DNA of 64,000 nucleotides from an uncultured Verrucomicrobiota bacterium (GTDB lineage Bacteria; Verrucomicrobiota; Verrucomicrobiia; Limisphaerales; UBA9464): NCBI GenBank assembly GCA_903821635.1, contig CAIJLV010000150.1, positions 25,551 to 89,550 of the forward strand, read 5' to 3'. Shown piece by piece: positions 10,901 to 18,968 of this stretch (position 1 is its first letter; each line of letters starts with the position of its first letter). The notes under the pieces were generated by a model. It saw only the letters and a program-made list of their open reading frames with translations, ran no database searches and was not told where the DNA came from. The position numbers and the translations under genes were made by a program.

Positions 10901-11304
10901 AGGACGGCAAAAAGGTGTTTTTTGAAAAAGCCGAGGTGAGCTGTGTGCGCTGCCACAAGGTGGGCGGCGAAGGCGGCGAGGTCGGTCCCGAACTTACCGG
11001 CTTGGCGGCTCAAAAAGGGTTGGATTACGTCCTGCAAGCCATCGTGCATCCGAACGCGGCCATCGCCCAAGGCTTTGAAACCGTGTTGGTCAATTTGAAG
11101 AACGGCACGGCCTACGCCGGCGTGATCAAGTCGGAAACGGCCGATCTCCTAGAGCTCAATTCGCCCGAGGACGGTTTGGTGAAGCTCAAAAAGGCAGACA
11201 TCGAGAGCCGCGAAAAGGGGCTGAGCGGCATGCCGGACGGCTTCGGCGACCTGTTGACGCCGGTGGAGCTTCGCAACTTGCTCGAGTATCTCCGCAACAA
11301 CTGA
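7906..11304 (+). CDS. PVC-type secreted protein: dehydrogenase/propeller-like N-domain, HEAT repeats and a C-terminal c-type heme-binding (CxxCH) domain
   Basis: Signal peptide 'LGALAVSATTHAFAQ'. HEAT-like repeats ('HVRANVARVLGD','HVRALGTIALGK','HLRHAAVTALV','SVRMGVLLALR'). 'FFEKAEVSCVRCHKVGGEGGEVGPEL' is a CxxCH cytochrome c motif. I chose the ATG at 7906. Confidence 0.8.
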   Translation: MPESVRTLLRRAVLGALAVSATTHAFAQHQLGPQGSFEAPKLAPRSDEGEKNIKRFQVPPGWKVELWAAEPDVAHGVAFDLANDGRVFVAESFRAWRGVPDIRGIMPWLDEDLACKSVDDRLMMMKRHLGEEGMKDYYRNTERVRYLRDETGAGKATVSKVFAENFATPLDGVASGVLARGKDVYFANIPNVWHLRDENLDGLADARRSISYGHGVRVGFLGHDLHGLTWGPDGKLYFSIGDRASVLKTPNGDVGTPDCGAVFRCNADGSNIEMIYKGLRNPQELVFDEWGNLFTGDNNSDGGDQARWTYLIEGGDSGWRIGWQFLERSDAPMPRGPWNMEKMWAPQNEAHPAYITPPIKNITAGPSGNAYYPGTGLGAEWQGTFTLCDFRGSGSGSGIMQFKHQPKGASFELVEDKKMIWAVEATDGTWGPDGAYWVLDWVDGWEPVGKGRIYRMYDPNTINSPVVKETQKLLASDFSAKKDGELLKLLAHANYRVRQTAQFELAGRGEKQTGTLAKLAKSSASRHARLHAIWGLGQIANASHATKEGAKSDALEAINSLAADHEAHVRANVARVLGDAKYQPAYAALLKLTTDNDAHVRALGTIALGKLGRREAIPAVFAVLKANADRDPHLRHAAVTALVACNDFDALQAAAKDPHDSVRMGVLLALRRLQRNEISSFLNDANPKLVTEAARAINDEPIPGAMDNLAALIAQPLDNQNDALVRRVVNANYRFGTKETAQAMAQFATRTTGTEAQRAEALEALSAWPKNGGRDRISGLWRPTAFARDAQVPGQAIQPVLNTLLASAPERVRTAAATAAGELQVKESAAALGRLVLEKQGSARTRVAALTALSKLQTADYATALAAAQNDAEELVRKAALKLSVDVPPTAGTSASAPAADPTAKLAAVITAGTTAEKQGAFAALAKVPGAAADALAGKWLGDLLAGRVTPELQLDVLEAANARPALKTEVEKWRAAHTKKSDFDTTPWKLTLAGGNAEDGKKVFFEKAEVSCVRCHKVGGEGGEVGPELTGLAAQKGLDYVLQAIVHPNAAIAQGFETVLVNLKNGTAYAGVIKSETADLLELNSPEDGLVKLKKADIESREKGLSGMPDGFGDLLTPVELRNLLEYLRNN

Positions 11305-11405
11305 AGCCCGCCGGCCTCCCTTAAGTGGCCGCTGGTGAAGCCGATGTAGAATCGGCCCCGGCGGTCACTTCGTTTTGACCGACCCCGGTCGCCTCAGCTA
11401 CCACC

Positions 11406-13034
11406 TTGCACATGCACGACGCCCCGGCCCCAACCGCCGCTGTCCCCCCCAACCGCCGATTGTTTGCCCCAGTCTGGTCCAATTGGGCGTTTACGACCCT
11501 GGAGGTGATTCTTTGGGCTTGGTCGATCATCGTCTGCATTCCCTTCTGGGAGTTGGACCCCAACTACTCCTACGGCTGGGTGGTGCCGTTCCTGATGTTT
11601 TTTTTCCTCTGGCGCCGCTTGGCCGAACAGCCGGCCAGTTTTTGGGCAGAAATCAGCCGCGATGACGAACGCAAGCGCTCGAAACTGTCGCCTTGGTTCC
11701 TCGCCGTGATCGGGCTGAGTCTCTTTCCCTTGGAGGTTTACCGGGCCGAATACCACCAGTCAGGAATTGTGCTCTGGGGAATCAACTTGGCCAAAGTCTT
11801 CTTCTCGTTATTGGGCGCTTGGTGGCTGGGCGGACGGAAACTGACGATTTTGGTGATGTTTCCGATCCTGTTCTTCCTGACCGCCGTGCCTTGGCCGGCA
11901 AAAATCGCCATCCCGGTGCAGCAAGGGCTGATGCAAAGCGTGGCCGCGGTCGTCACCGAAATGCTGCTCTGGCTCGGCGTCCCCGTAAAACTCGAAGGCG
12001 CCGTCCTGCACCTGACCAAGGGCACGGTTGGCATCGTCGAGGCCTGTAGCGGCATCCGCTCTCTGCAATCGGGACTTATGGTCAGCTTGGCCGTCGGCGA
12101 ACTGCTCATGTTGACCCGGACCAAACGGGCCGTGCTTGTCAGCACCGGCATCGGTTTGGCGATGTTCAGCAATCTCTGCCGGACGTTTTATCTCTGCTGG
12201 GTCACCGAACAAGGCGGCCCGGACGCGATGCACAAAGTCCACGACACCGCAGGCAACGTGGCCATGTATACACTCTATATCCTGATCTGGGCAGTGGGCA
12301 AAGCGCTCGAGGGCAAGACCATTGCGCCTTGGCCGGCCAGCTTTGCCGAATGGCGTCCCCGGGTCGCCGGCCTGCGGTGGCATCGCCTGCCGGATTTCCG
12401 CCCGCTCGCGGCGATTACAGCATCGACCTTCATTTCCGTTCACGCTTGGTATTTCATCCTGCAGCTTCAGGCGGATCCGCAAACCACTCCCGCCTTGGCG
12501 CTCAAGCTGGGAAAAGATTCGGGCAACGATGAGGTCCCGATGGATGAAACCGTCCTTCGGGCCTTGGGCTGCAACGACCATGAACAGGTTCGGCGCCGCT
12601 CGCCGCTCGCCCCATTGGAATCGGGCTTTAACGTCAGCCACCTCTTTTGGAAGCCGTCGCCGATGAGCAAATTGGCGCTCCACCATCGCCCGGACATCTG
12701 CATGCCCGGCTCGGGTTGGACCCAAATTGGTGAAGTCGAACGCGTGACCCTCGATCTCGTCGGCCAACCTCGTGAATTCTATGTCTTCCGGTTTGAACGC
12801 GAAGGCTTCAAGGCTCTCTCTGTTTGGGGTGTCTGGCGCAATGGCAAGACCGTGGAAATGGATTACTCCAATCGTATGACCGCCCTCCCGGAAGTTTATC
12901 ATCCCTACCCCAGCAGTCGTCATTTGATGGGGATTGAAATTCTCTCCATTTTCATGCCCTATCGCACCGCTCCCGCGCCCACTCCGCAACTGGTGGAAAA
13001 ACTCCTTCCCGAGGTCGTCCAGTGGCAGAAATAG
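11406..13034 (+). CDS. Exosortase family protein fused to a C-terminal EpsI-like domain
   Basis: Polytopic N-terminal half with 'DPNYSYGWVVP' and the exosortase active-site region 'GIVEACSGIRSLQSG'. The C-terminal half has an EpsI-type motif 'HHRPDICMPGSGW'. Confidence 0.8.
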   Translation: MHMHDAPAPTAAVPPNRRLFAPVWSNWAFTTLEVILWAWSIIVCIPFWELDPNYSYGWVVPFLMFFFLWRRLAEQPASFWAEISRDDERKRSKLSPWFLAVIGLSLFPLEVYRAEYHQSGIVLWGINLAKVFFSLLGAWWLGGRKLTILVMFPILFFLTAVPWPAKIAIPVQQGLMQSVAAVVTEMLLWLGVPVKLEGAVLHLTKGTVGIVEACSGIRSLQSGLMVSLAVGELLMLTRTKRAVLVSTGIGLAMFSNLCRTFYLCWVTEQGGPDAMHKVHDTAGNVAMYTLYILIWAVGKALEGKTIAPWPASFAEWRPRVAGLRWHRLPDFRPLAAITASTFISVHAWYFILQLQADPQTTPALALKLGKDSGNDEVPMDETVLRALGCNDHEQVRRRSPLAPLESGFNVSHLFWKPSPMSKLALHHRPDICMPGSGWTQIGEVERVTLDLVGQPREFYVFRFEREGFKALSVWGVWRNGKTVEMDYSNRMTALPEVYHPYPSSRHLMGIEILSIFMPYRTAPAPTPQLVEKLLPEVVQWQK

Positions 13035-13080
13035 GTGCCCTTGATGTCCTGCCGCCGCCGTCCAAAACTGAACCTAGCCG

Positions 13081-14826
13081 ATGAATCCGTCCGAAAAAAC
13101 GCCCGAAAAGAGCAGCGCTGCCCGGGCAACCAGTTCCACCGATCGCCGCCGCAACCGGAAAAAATCCACTTGGCTATTCGTGGGAGCCGCCGTTTTGGCA
13201 ATCGGACTGCTCGCCGGGGGAGTCACCCTGGCCTACCCGGGAATCAAAGCCGCCCGCGCCCGGCAGCACGCTGCCGAAGCCGAATCCGCTCTGCGGAAAG
13301 GTGATCTCGAAAGCGCCGGCACCAAGGTCAAGGCCGCGCTGGCCATGGGGCCCAAGTTACCCGAAGTGCTCCGCGCCGCCGCCCGCTATTGCTCGCTCCA
13401 AGGTGACCCGACCGGGATCAACTATTACCAGATGATCCTCGCCACCCCGGCGGGCACGCTGGCGGACAAGACCAACCTGATTGCGCTGGCCCACGCCACC
13501 AGTCGCTTGGGCCCCGCGCGGGAAGAACTTCGCAAGATGTTGACCGCCAACAGCAACGACGTCGTAGCGCTGCGCTATCTCGTCGAAAATCACATTCTCG
13601 GCAAAGACCGCGACCGCGCCATCAAGACGGCCGCCATTGGACTAAAAGCCAACCCCACCAATGCTTGGTTTCAGCTCACGCTCGGCTCCCTGCTCATTGA
13701 TGATCCACGCGGCGGAAAATATCAGGACGAGGGGCGTCGCCTACTGTTCTCCCTCGCCATTGGCAAGGGCCCGGAACACATCGACGCCCAAAACCGCATC
13801 GCCCAAGCCCAAGACCTGACCAAAGCCGAGGCCGCCGTCCTTCAGAAACAGATTCAAAGCCGGACCAACCTCACCCATGACGACGAAGTGCTGATCTACG
13901 ACCTCCGGCGTCGGCAAAACCCGGACCAAGCCGCCGCCCTCGTCAAAGAGGCAGTCAATCGCTACGCCCGGGAAGATCCCACTGCCGGCCTCGCCGCCGT
14001 TCTAACTTGGGCCGCCAAGGGCAAACAATTCGCCCCGATTCTCGCCTCCCTGCCCGCCGCTGCCGCTGAAACCAACCGTTGGGTAGCGCCCACCTACGCC
14101 GCGGTCCTCGCCGAGAGTGGCAAATGGGCGGAGTTGGAAAAATTCGTCAGCGGCGGCGAATCGTTCATTGGTAAGACCTTAGCCGCTGGCTTTCGCGCCC
14201 GGGTGGCCATGGCCAAAGGCAATACCAAGGAGGCCGAAGCTCTGTTTCGCAGCCTCGGAGGCACCCAAGAAATTCCGGTCCTCGACGCGCGCATCTTGGC
14301 CCAACAAGCCGAGGCCGCCGGACTGCCGGGCGTCGCCGTGGAAATATACCAACGACTGGCCACCGATCCCGCGATCACTCTCGAAGCGGCCCGTCAGTGC
14401 GTGCGCCTTTTGGGTGCGCTCGAAGACATCAAACAGATTCGCGAAGTGGCCGGCCGACTCGCGAAGGCGTTTCCCCAGGAAGACACCCTCGTCGCGGAAG
14501 CGGCTTGGGCCAATCTGGTCGCCAACGAAGAAATTCCGGAAGCGTGGGCAGCCCTCTTGCGACTCCACGAAAAGACGCCTTCCGATCCCAACTGGCGGTT
14601 CGGTCTGGCGCTGGCCGAGTTGAAGATGGACCGCCCCCAAAAGGCGCTGGCACTGATCCAGGAATCGGCCGCCGCCGCCAAATCCCTCTCGCCCCGAATG
14701 CAGCTCTCCCAAGTGCTCACCCTCGGCGCAAACCAGCAACGCGACGCCGCCCAACGGCTGGCTCGGCAAATTGAACTCAAGCGCTTGCGCCCCGCTGAAC
14801 GCGCTCTTTTGACTCCTTGGCTTTGA
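13081..14826 (+). CDS. Membrane-anchored TPR-like repeat protein, possibly an exosortase-associated partner
   Basis: One N-terminal TM segment ('WLFVGAAVLAIGLLAGGVTLAY') followed by an Ala/Leu-rich helical-repeat sequence. It lies 46 nt downstream of the exosortase gene on the same strand. Confidence 0.55.
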   Translation: MNPSEKTPEKSSAARATSSTDRRRNRKKSTWLFVGAAVLAIGLLAGGVTLAYPGIKAARARQHAAEAESALRKGDLESAGTKVKAALAMGPKLPEVLRAAARYCSLQGDPTGINYYQMILATPAGTLADKTNLIALAHATSRLGPAREELRKMLTANSNDVVALRYLVENHILGKDRDRAIKTAAIGLKANPTNAWFQLTLGSLLIDDPRGGKYQDEGRRLLFSLAIGKGPEHIDAQNRIAQAQDLTKAEAAVLQKQIQSRTNLTHDDEVLIYDLRRRQNPDQAAALVKEAVNRYAREDPTAGLAAVLTWAAKGKQFAPILASLPAAAAETNRWVAPTYAAVLAESGKWAELEKFVSGGESFIGKTLAAGFRARVAMAKGNTKEAEALFRSLGGTQEIPVLDARILAQQAEAAGLPGVAVEIYQRLATDPAITLEAARQCVRLLGALEDIKQIREVAGRLAKAFPQEDTLVAEAAWANLVANEEIPEAWAALLRLHEKTPSDPNWRFGLALAELKMDRPQKALALIQESAAAAKSLSPRMQLSQVLTLGANQQRDAAQRLARQIELKRLRPAERALLTPWL

Positions 14827-14876
14827 CTCCGTCGGCGCGCCGGCCATGAACGCAGCCCGTCAGTGACTTGCCCTTG

Positions 14877-14915
14877 GCTCCGATAGCTCAAATGGATCGA
14901 GCGGCGGTTGCCTAA
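14877..14915 (+). repeat. 39-nt copy of the 5' half of tRNA-Arg(CCT); left boundary (att-like direct repeat) of the integrative element
   Basis: 37/39 identical to 20428-20466 (differences at 14898 and 14910). Similarity ends right after the anticodon-loop position. The downstream sequence cannot complete a cloverleaf. Confidence 0.75.
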
Positions 14916-15393
14916 TTTGAGCCGGGCGTTTTTACTGAGAAATCTGGAGTCATCTACAAGCGTCAATCTTTCGGTTTGCTCAGCGTTTTGACGATTTTGC
15001 GTTATCGGGTGTAATCCTGAAATAGCCCACATTTTCCCGCCGGGTTACCAAACAGGGTTACTAAATTCCAGCGCTCCGGGGTAGATTTGCGATCGCTTTC
15101 GAGCGGCGGTGAACCGAACCGTTTTCCCAAGTCGTCCAAATTCCAACCGCCGGGCCGGCTGGCCCCGCGGTGGGGAAAACCGCCGGGCTTGCCTCCGAAA
15201 AATGGCGCTTTGGCTGGGGGTTTTTGGCGCCGCGATTTGGCATCCGCAAAACACCCCCGCTCCCAGTTGTCACCCGCCGTTGTCACTCGGCCCAGCGAAA
15301 GTCGGCGGCCCGCAGGCGCTTACGCTCCCGCAACTCCCCCATTGCCTTGCGCGGGTTTGCCTCGCCACCCTGCCCCGTTCCCGGACGCACTCC

Positions 15394-15873
15394 ATGACAC
15401 CTGCCGAATTCAAAAAGAAATTGTCCAAGTTCACCGGCAAGGAATCCTCCGGTTACGAGCTGCGGGAAAACTGGCTTAACTCGCCTGAATGGACGGAAAC
15501 CCTCACGCTGGAATTCCCCGGCAGCGTGTCCGGCCCGTGGGCGCGCTACGTGGACCCCGCCACCGTGAACGCCCAGACCGGCGTGGGCACCGTGCGTTAT
15601 CCCCGCCTTGAACCCAAGGACGCGGAACACGCCGCCAAGCTCAAGAAACGCACGCTCACCAACCTCTACAACGAGCGCCCCGCGTGGCTCGCCCACGCCC
15701 ACAAGACGCTCGATGCCGCCTACGGCTGGCCCGCCGACCTGACCGACGAACATATCTTGGAACGCCTCCTCGCCCTCAACCTCCACCGCGCCGCGGAGGA
15801 AGCGAAGACGGCCAAAGCCACCAAGCCCGCCAAGAAACCCCAACGCGCCAAAGGCGAGGGGGAATTGCTGTGA
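15394..15873 (+). pseudogene. Remnant of a large SAM-dependent DNA methyltransferase (C-terminal tail only)
   Basis: 'LKKRTLTNLYNERPAWLAHAHKTLDAAYGWPADLTDEHILERLLALNL' is the characteristic extreme C-terminus of ~900-aa MmeI-like/class I DNA methyltransferases. No catalytic or target-recognition region is present in this 159-aa ORF. Confidence 0.5.
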
Positions 15874-16196
15874 GAAAGAACACGCCAGCGAAGCCCGGTT
15901 CAGACGCCAAGGAAGCCCCGTCGCCAAGGAAGCGCTATCGGGTGATAGCAGACCGGGAAAGCGGAATCCCCGTCCCGCCTGAGTTCCCAGTCAACATTGG
16001 CGATGACTTCGCCGCGTGGGCGACCGATGGCGTAATCACCGTGGTTTTTTCCAAGACTCTCAGCCGCGAAGCGCGAAATCCCCAAGCACGCAATCTGGGG
16101 CAAGGTGGAACCGACTTTGCCGGCCAAGGTTCCCCATCGGGCAGGAAAGGCGCGGCCAGCAAAGTCAAAGCAACAAGAGCAAGGGGGGAACTGTGA
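15870..16196 (+). CDS. Hypothetical small protein, paralogue 1 of a tandem pair
   Basis: The GTG start overlaps the preceding stop (GTGA). 'KRYRVIADRESGIPVPPEFPVNIGDDFAAWATDGVITVVF' is repeated in the next ORF. Confidence 0.35.
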   Translation: MRKNTPAKPGSDAKEAPSPRKRYRVIADRESGIPVPPEFPVNIGDDFAAWATDGVITVVFSKTLSREARNPQARNLGQGGTDFAGQGSPSGRKGAASKVKATRARGEL

Positions 16197-16274
16197 AACA
16201 CAAAGCCAAGCTGCCGAGCAGCAAAGGGAAAGCCGGCTCCCCGTCCGCCTGTTACCGCCCCCAAACGTCATTGG

Positions 16275-16592
16275 GTGGGGGTCGTTGACCGGGATGGCAA
16301 GTGTGGCATTCCCGGAGTGGTGACGGCGCAAGTCGGCGACGACTTTGCTTGGTGGGAAAGTGGTGATGGTGATGATAGCTGGATTATCGCCTTTCCGAAA
16401 ACCGCACGAGCACGACGGGCCATCCCCGCACACGCTCACTGGGGCAAGATTGAACCGGGCTTGCCTGACAAGGTTCCCCCCCCGGGTTGGAAAGGGACGG
16501 AAGCCAGAAACGGCCCCGCCATCAAAGGTCGCCAAGCTGCTGAAAGCATCGGTCAAGAGCTTGAAGGTAGGGCAGGCTTCCGCGCCGGTTGA
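16275..16592 (+). CDS. Hypothetical small protein, paralogue 2, probably 5'-frameshifted
   Basis: 'KRHWVGVVDRDGKCGIPGVVTAQVGDDFAWWESGDGDDSWIIAF' matches paralogue 1. A GTGA junction at 16193-16196 starts a homologous Lys/Pro-rich leader in a different frame (16193-16288), which suggests a frameshift. Confidence 0.3.
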   Translation: MGVVDRDGKCGIPGVVTAQVGDDFAWWESGDGDDSWIIAFPKTARARRAIPAHAHWGKIEPGLPDKVPPPGWKGTEARNGPAIKGRQAAESIGQELEGRAGFRAG

Positions 16593-16657
16593 CCTGACTC
16601 CATTCCGCCGGGATTAGCCGTCCCGCCTGCTCCCGCACTTACTCCGACCGGAGGCAC

Positions 16658-16912
16658 GTGCATGGTTCAGGCATCGGACAACGCACCATTTCCGTTCCCG
16701 CCGACGTGCATGAACTGCTCTCCGCGCAAAAGGAGCCGGGGGAGAGTTTCGGTGATCTGTTGCGCCGACCGATGCGCCCGCCCGCAGACACCTGCGGTGA
16801 ACTTTTGGACCGGCTGGAAGACTTGCCTTTGCCGGCGCTTGACCGCAAGCAGTTGACCGCCTTTCGCAAGGGCCGCCGGTGCCGTTCCCACCGCCCAGCG
16901 CCCCGCGCATGA
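16658..16912 (+). CDS. Putative antitoxin (VapB-like, 'TISV...ESFSD' type)
   Basis: 'QRTISVPADVHELLSAQKEPGESFGDLLRR' resembles small antitoxins encoded upstream of PIN genes. It has an ATGA stop/start overlap with the PIN ORF at 16909. Confidence 0.5.
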   Translation: MHGSGIGQRTISVPADVHELLSAQKEPGESFGDLLRRPMRPPADTCGELLDRLEDLPLPALDRKQLTAFRKGRRCRSHRPAPRA

Positions 16913-17285
16913 TTGCGGACACAACCTTTTTTCGGACCTGTTATCGGAACAGGTGGCCGAAAAGAGTGGCCCGGCGACGCGCTTGCTGGCGCGCGAGCGA
17001 GCGCAATCCATCCGGCTAACGATCATTACGGCCGGCGAAATTGCCGTGCTATTCGATTTCTCCTCCGCCGCCTAGGAATGGGTCAACGCGTGGACCGTTT
17101 ATCGGCTGCATCCCGGCGTCGTGCTGGCCGCGACCGATGTGGACCGGGAACAAATCCGACGCGGCGCCCGGCTAGGGGAAAACGACAACTGGATTGCCGG
17201 CTTTGCCCGCTACTACCGGGAGCCGGTCATCAGCCGGGACCGGGCGTTTGACCGCGTGGCGGGAGTGCGTCGAATTTCCTACTGA
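16909..17285 (+). pseudogene. PIN-domain toxin (VapC-like) disrupted by a frameshift and an in-frame TAG
   Basis: 'MIADTTFF' (frame 1) continues as 'SDLLSEQVAEKSGPATRLLARERAQSIRLTIITAGEIAVLFDFSSAA' only after a 1-nt shift in the T6 run at 16927-16932. TAG follows at 17073-17075. Then comes 'EWVNAW...RLGENDNWIAGFARYYREPVISRDRAFDRVAGVRRISY', a typical PIN C-terminus. Confidence 0.65.
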
Positions 17286-17293
17286 ATGGCAGT

Positions 17294-18060
17294 ATGAGCC
17301 TGACGATTCACTACACGTTGACCGCTCCGGGCGTGGGCACGGAGCGCGAGGCGTTGCGCCTAGTCCGCGGCGCGCACCGGATCGCGTCGCGGATGCAGGC
17401 GGAAGGCATCTTCAAGGCCGTGGGCAAAGTGGGTTTCGGGGGGCGCCGCCCAGTCCGCCGCGACGGCGTGGCTGATTCTCCCGGTGCCCGGTGAACCGAA
17501 TACTTCCACCGGGCTGGAAATTGCCCCGGAGGCAGGCGCGTTGTTTCCGGTGAACGTGGGCCGGGATTGCGAGCCGCTCTGGATCGGCCTCTGCCGTTAT
17601 CCCCCGCGGGCCACGTTGGCGGGGCGTTCGCTGGCGACCCGCTTGGGCAAGGGCTGGCGTCTGTCCGGTTTCTCCAAGACGCAGTTTGCGAGCCTGCACG
17701 GCTGGGAACATTTCCGCCGCTGCCATGTCGGCATCATCACGCTGTTGGCCGGCTTGCGCCCGCTGGGCTTTCGCGTGCGGATTTCCGACGAAGGCGACTA
17801 TTGGCCGCGACGTTCGGAGCGGGCCTTGGGGGAGAACCTCGACGACTTGAACCGGCTGTTGGCCGCGGCCGCAGGGGCCATGAAAGACACCATCGACGGG
17901 CAGGTGGAATCCCCGATCTTCGGCCACCGCGAATTCGAGCGACTGGAAGCGGAGGGCGCGGCGAAAATCCCCCCCGGTTCTCCCAGTGGCTGCAAAAGGA
18001 AGCGGAGTAACTCGCTGCCGGAGAAGCAACGTCGTGATCTACCCGAAACCGGAGCGGTAA
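17294..18060 (+). pseudogene. Hypothetical gene, apparently frameshifted and lacking its own stop
   Basis: 'MSLTIHYTLTAPGVGTEREALRLVRGAHRIASRMQAEGIFKAVGKVGF' (frame 2) can be joined through the G6 run at 17438-17443 to the protein-like 'AAQSAATAWLILPVPGEPNTS...GHREFERLEAEGAAK' (frame 0). Beyond about 18000 that frame degenerates and runs antisense through vapBC. Confidence 0.3.
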
Positions 18061-18062
18061 AC

Positions 18063-18458
18063 CTAAAGCGGATTTTCCGCGACGCCCTTGGCCCACGGTT
18101 TTCCGCAAAGCGCGCCGTCGAGGGTGGCCAGTTTGAGCTTGTGGGCCTTGGCGAGGGTCACGAGGTAGGCGTCGGTGACGTCGGCATGGCGGGTCACCGC
18201 GGGCACCTTGGCGGAGGTGGCATCGGCAGCGAGGAATTCCGCGCCTGCGCGGTGGGTGATGTCTTCCAAGGCCGCGAGGGCGTCGGCATAGCTGGCCCGG
18301 TAGCCGGGACTCAGGCTCACCCGCAGAAAGCCGAGCTGCGAAATGGGGCACGTGGCAAAGGTCTTTTGCCACGCCAGCCAAGCAGAGGCTTGAGCGTGGG
18401 CGGCGTGGGATTTCCACGCACAGGCCAGCAGGAAATTGACGTCCAACAGATGGCTCAC
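18063..18458 (-). CDS. vapC: PIN-domain toxin VapC (intact)
   Basis: 'MSHLLDVNFLLA...' with the conserved N-terminal Asp and 'VTDAYLVTLAKAHKLKLATLD' at the C-terminus. It has a 4-nt overlap with the upstream antitoxin gene. Confidence 0.75.
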   Translation of the reverse strand: MSHLLDVNFLLACAWKSHAAHAQASAWLAWQKTFATCPISQLGFLRVSLSPGYRASYADALAALEDITHRAGAEFLAADATSAKVPAVTRHADVTDAYLVTLAKAHKLKLATLDGALCGKPWAKGVAENPL

Positions 18459-18706
18459 GGGAAATCGGCAAGGAGCGCTTTGACGGACTCCGCGGTCATC
18501 GGCGGGGCACCGGCCGGGGCGACGAGCACCTTGCGGCCGTCCTTGCCCTTCACCAGCCGGGCCTGGTCGGACTTGGCCCGCTCAATCACCAAGCGGTCGC
18601 CTTCGAGGGCCAGAGCCACCTTGTCCCCGGGTTGGAGATGTAGGGCCAGCCGGAAGCGGCTGGGGATGACCAATTGACCCTTGGTGGAAAGTGTCGCCGT
18701 GCTCAC
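18455..18706 (-). CDS. vapB: AbrB/SpoVT-type antitoxin VapB (intact)
   Basis: 'VSTATLSTKGQLVIPSRFRLALHLQPGDKVALALEGDRLVIE' is a canonical SpoVT/AbrB swapped-hairpin motif. I prefer the GTG at 18706; the ATG at 18751 would add an 'RVRRVRRVR' extension encoded by the 9-bp repeats. Confidence 0.7.
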   Translation of the reverse strand: MSTATLSTKGQLVIPSRFRLALHLQPGDKVALALEGDRLVIERAKSDQARLVKGKDGRKVLVAPAGAPPMTAESVKALLADFP

Positions 18707-18714
18707 GTCTCGAT

Positions 18715-18741
18715 GTCTTACCCGTCTTACCCGTCTTACCC
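18715..18741 (-). promoter_or_regulatory. Three perfect tandem 9-bp repeats (GTCTTACCC x3) immediately upstream of vapB; candidate operator
   Basis: Direct reading gives gtcttaccc|gtcttaccc|gtcttaccc. The repeats lie 9-35 nt upstream of the preferred GTG start of the antitoxin. Confidence 0.35.
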
Positions 18742-18968
18742 GACTTGGCAAGGGGGAACCCGGTGGAACGCAACGACGGGGCGCCCTATCGGCCAGCCTG
18801 ACTGTTTACCAACGCCGGGCGCGGCCGCGGCGCAGGCCCAACGGCCGCCCCCCCGCTCAGGCGCGACAGGCGCGACAAGGCCCGTGATTGCTGAGGTTTG
18901 TCGCCCTTGGCCAAGCGCGACGGCCGGAACTGTGTCGCGGCTCGGTTTGCTGGACGGAAGGCCCGTGT

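Noticed and set aside
711-17075. Possibility that the in-frame TAA/TAG codons (711, 1384, 17073) indicate stop-codon reassignment or programmed readthrough
   Set aside because: All three sit in mobile or toxin gene remnants that carry additional lesions (truncation, frameshift, active-site loss). No well-supported gene in the window needs readthrough to reach its expected length. Pseudogenisation is the simpler explanation.
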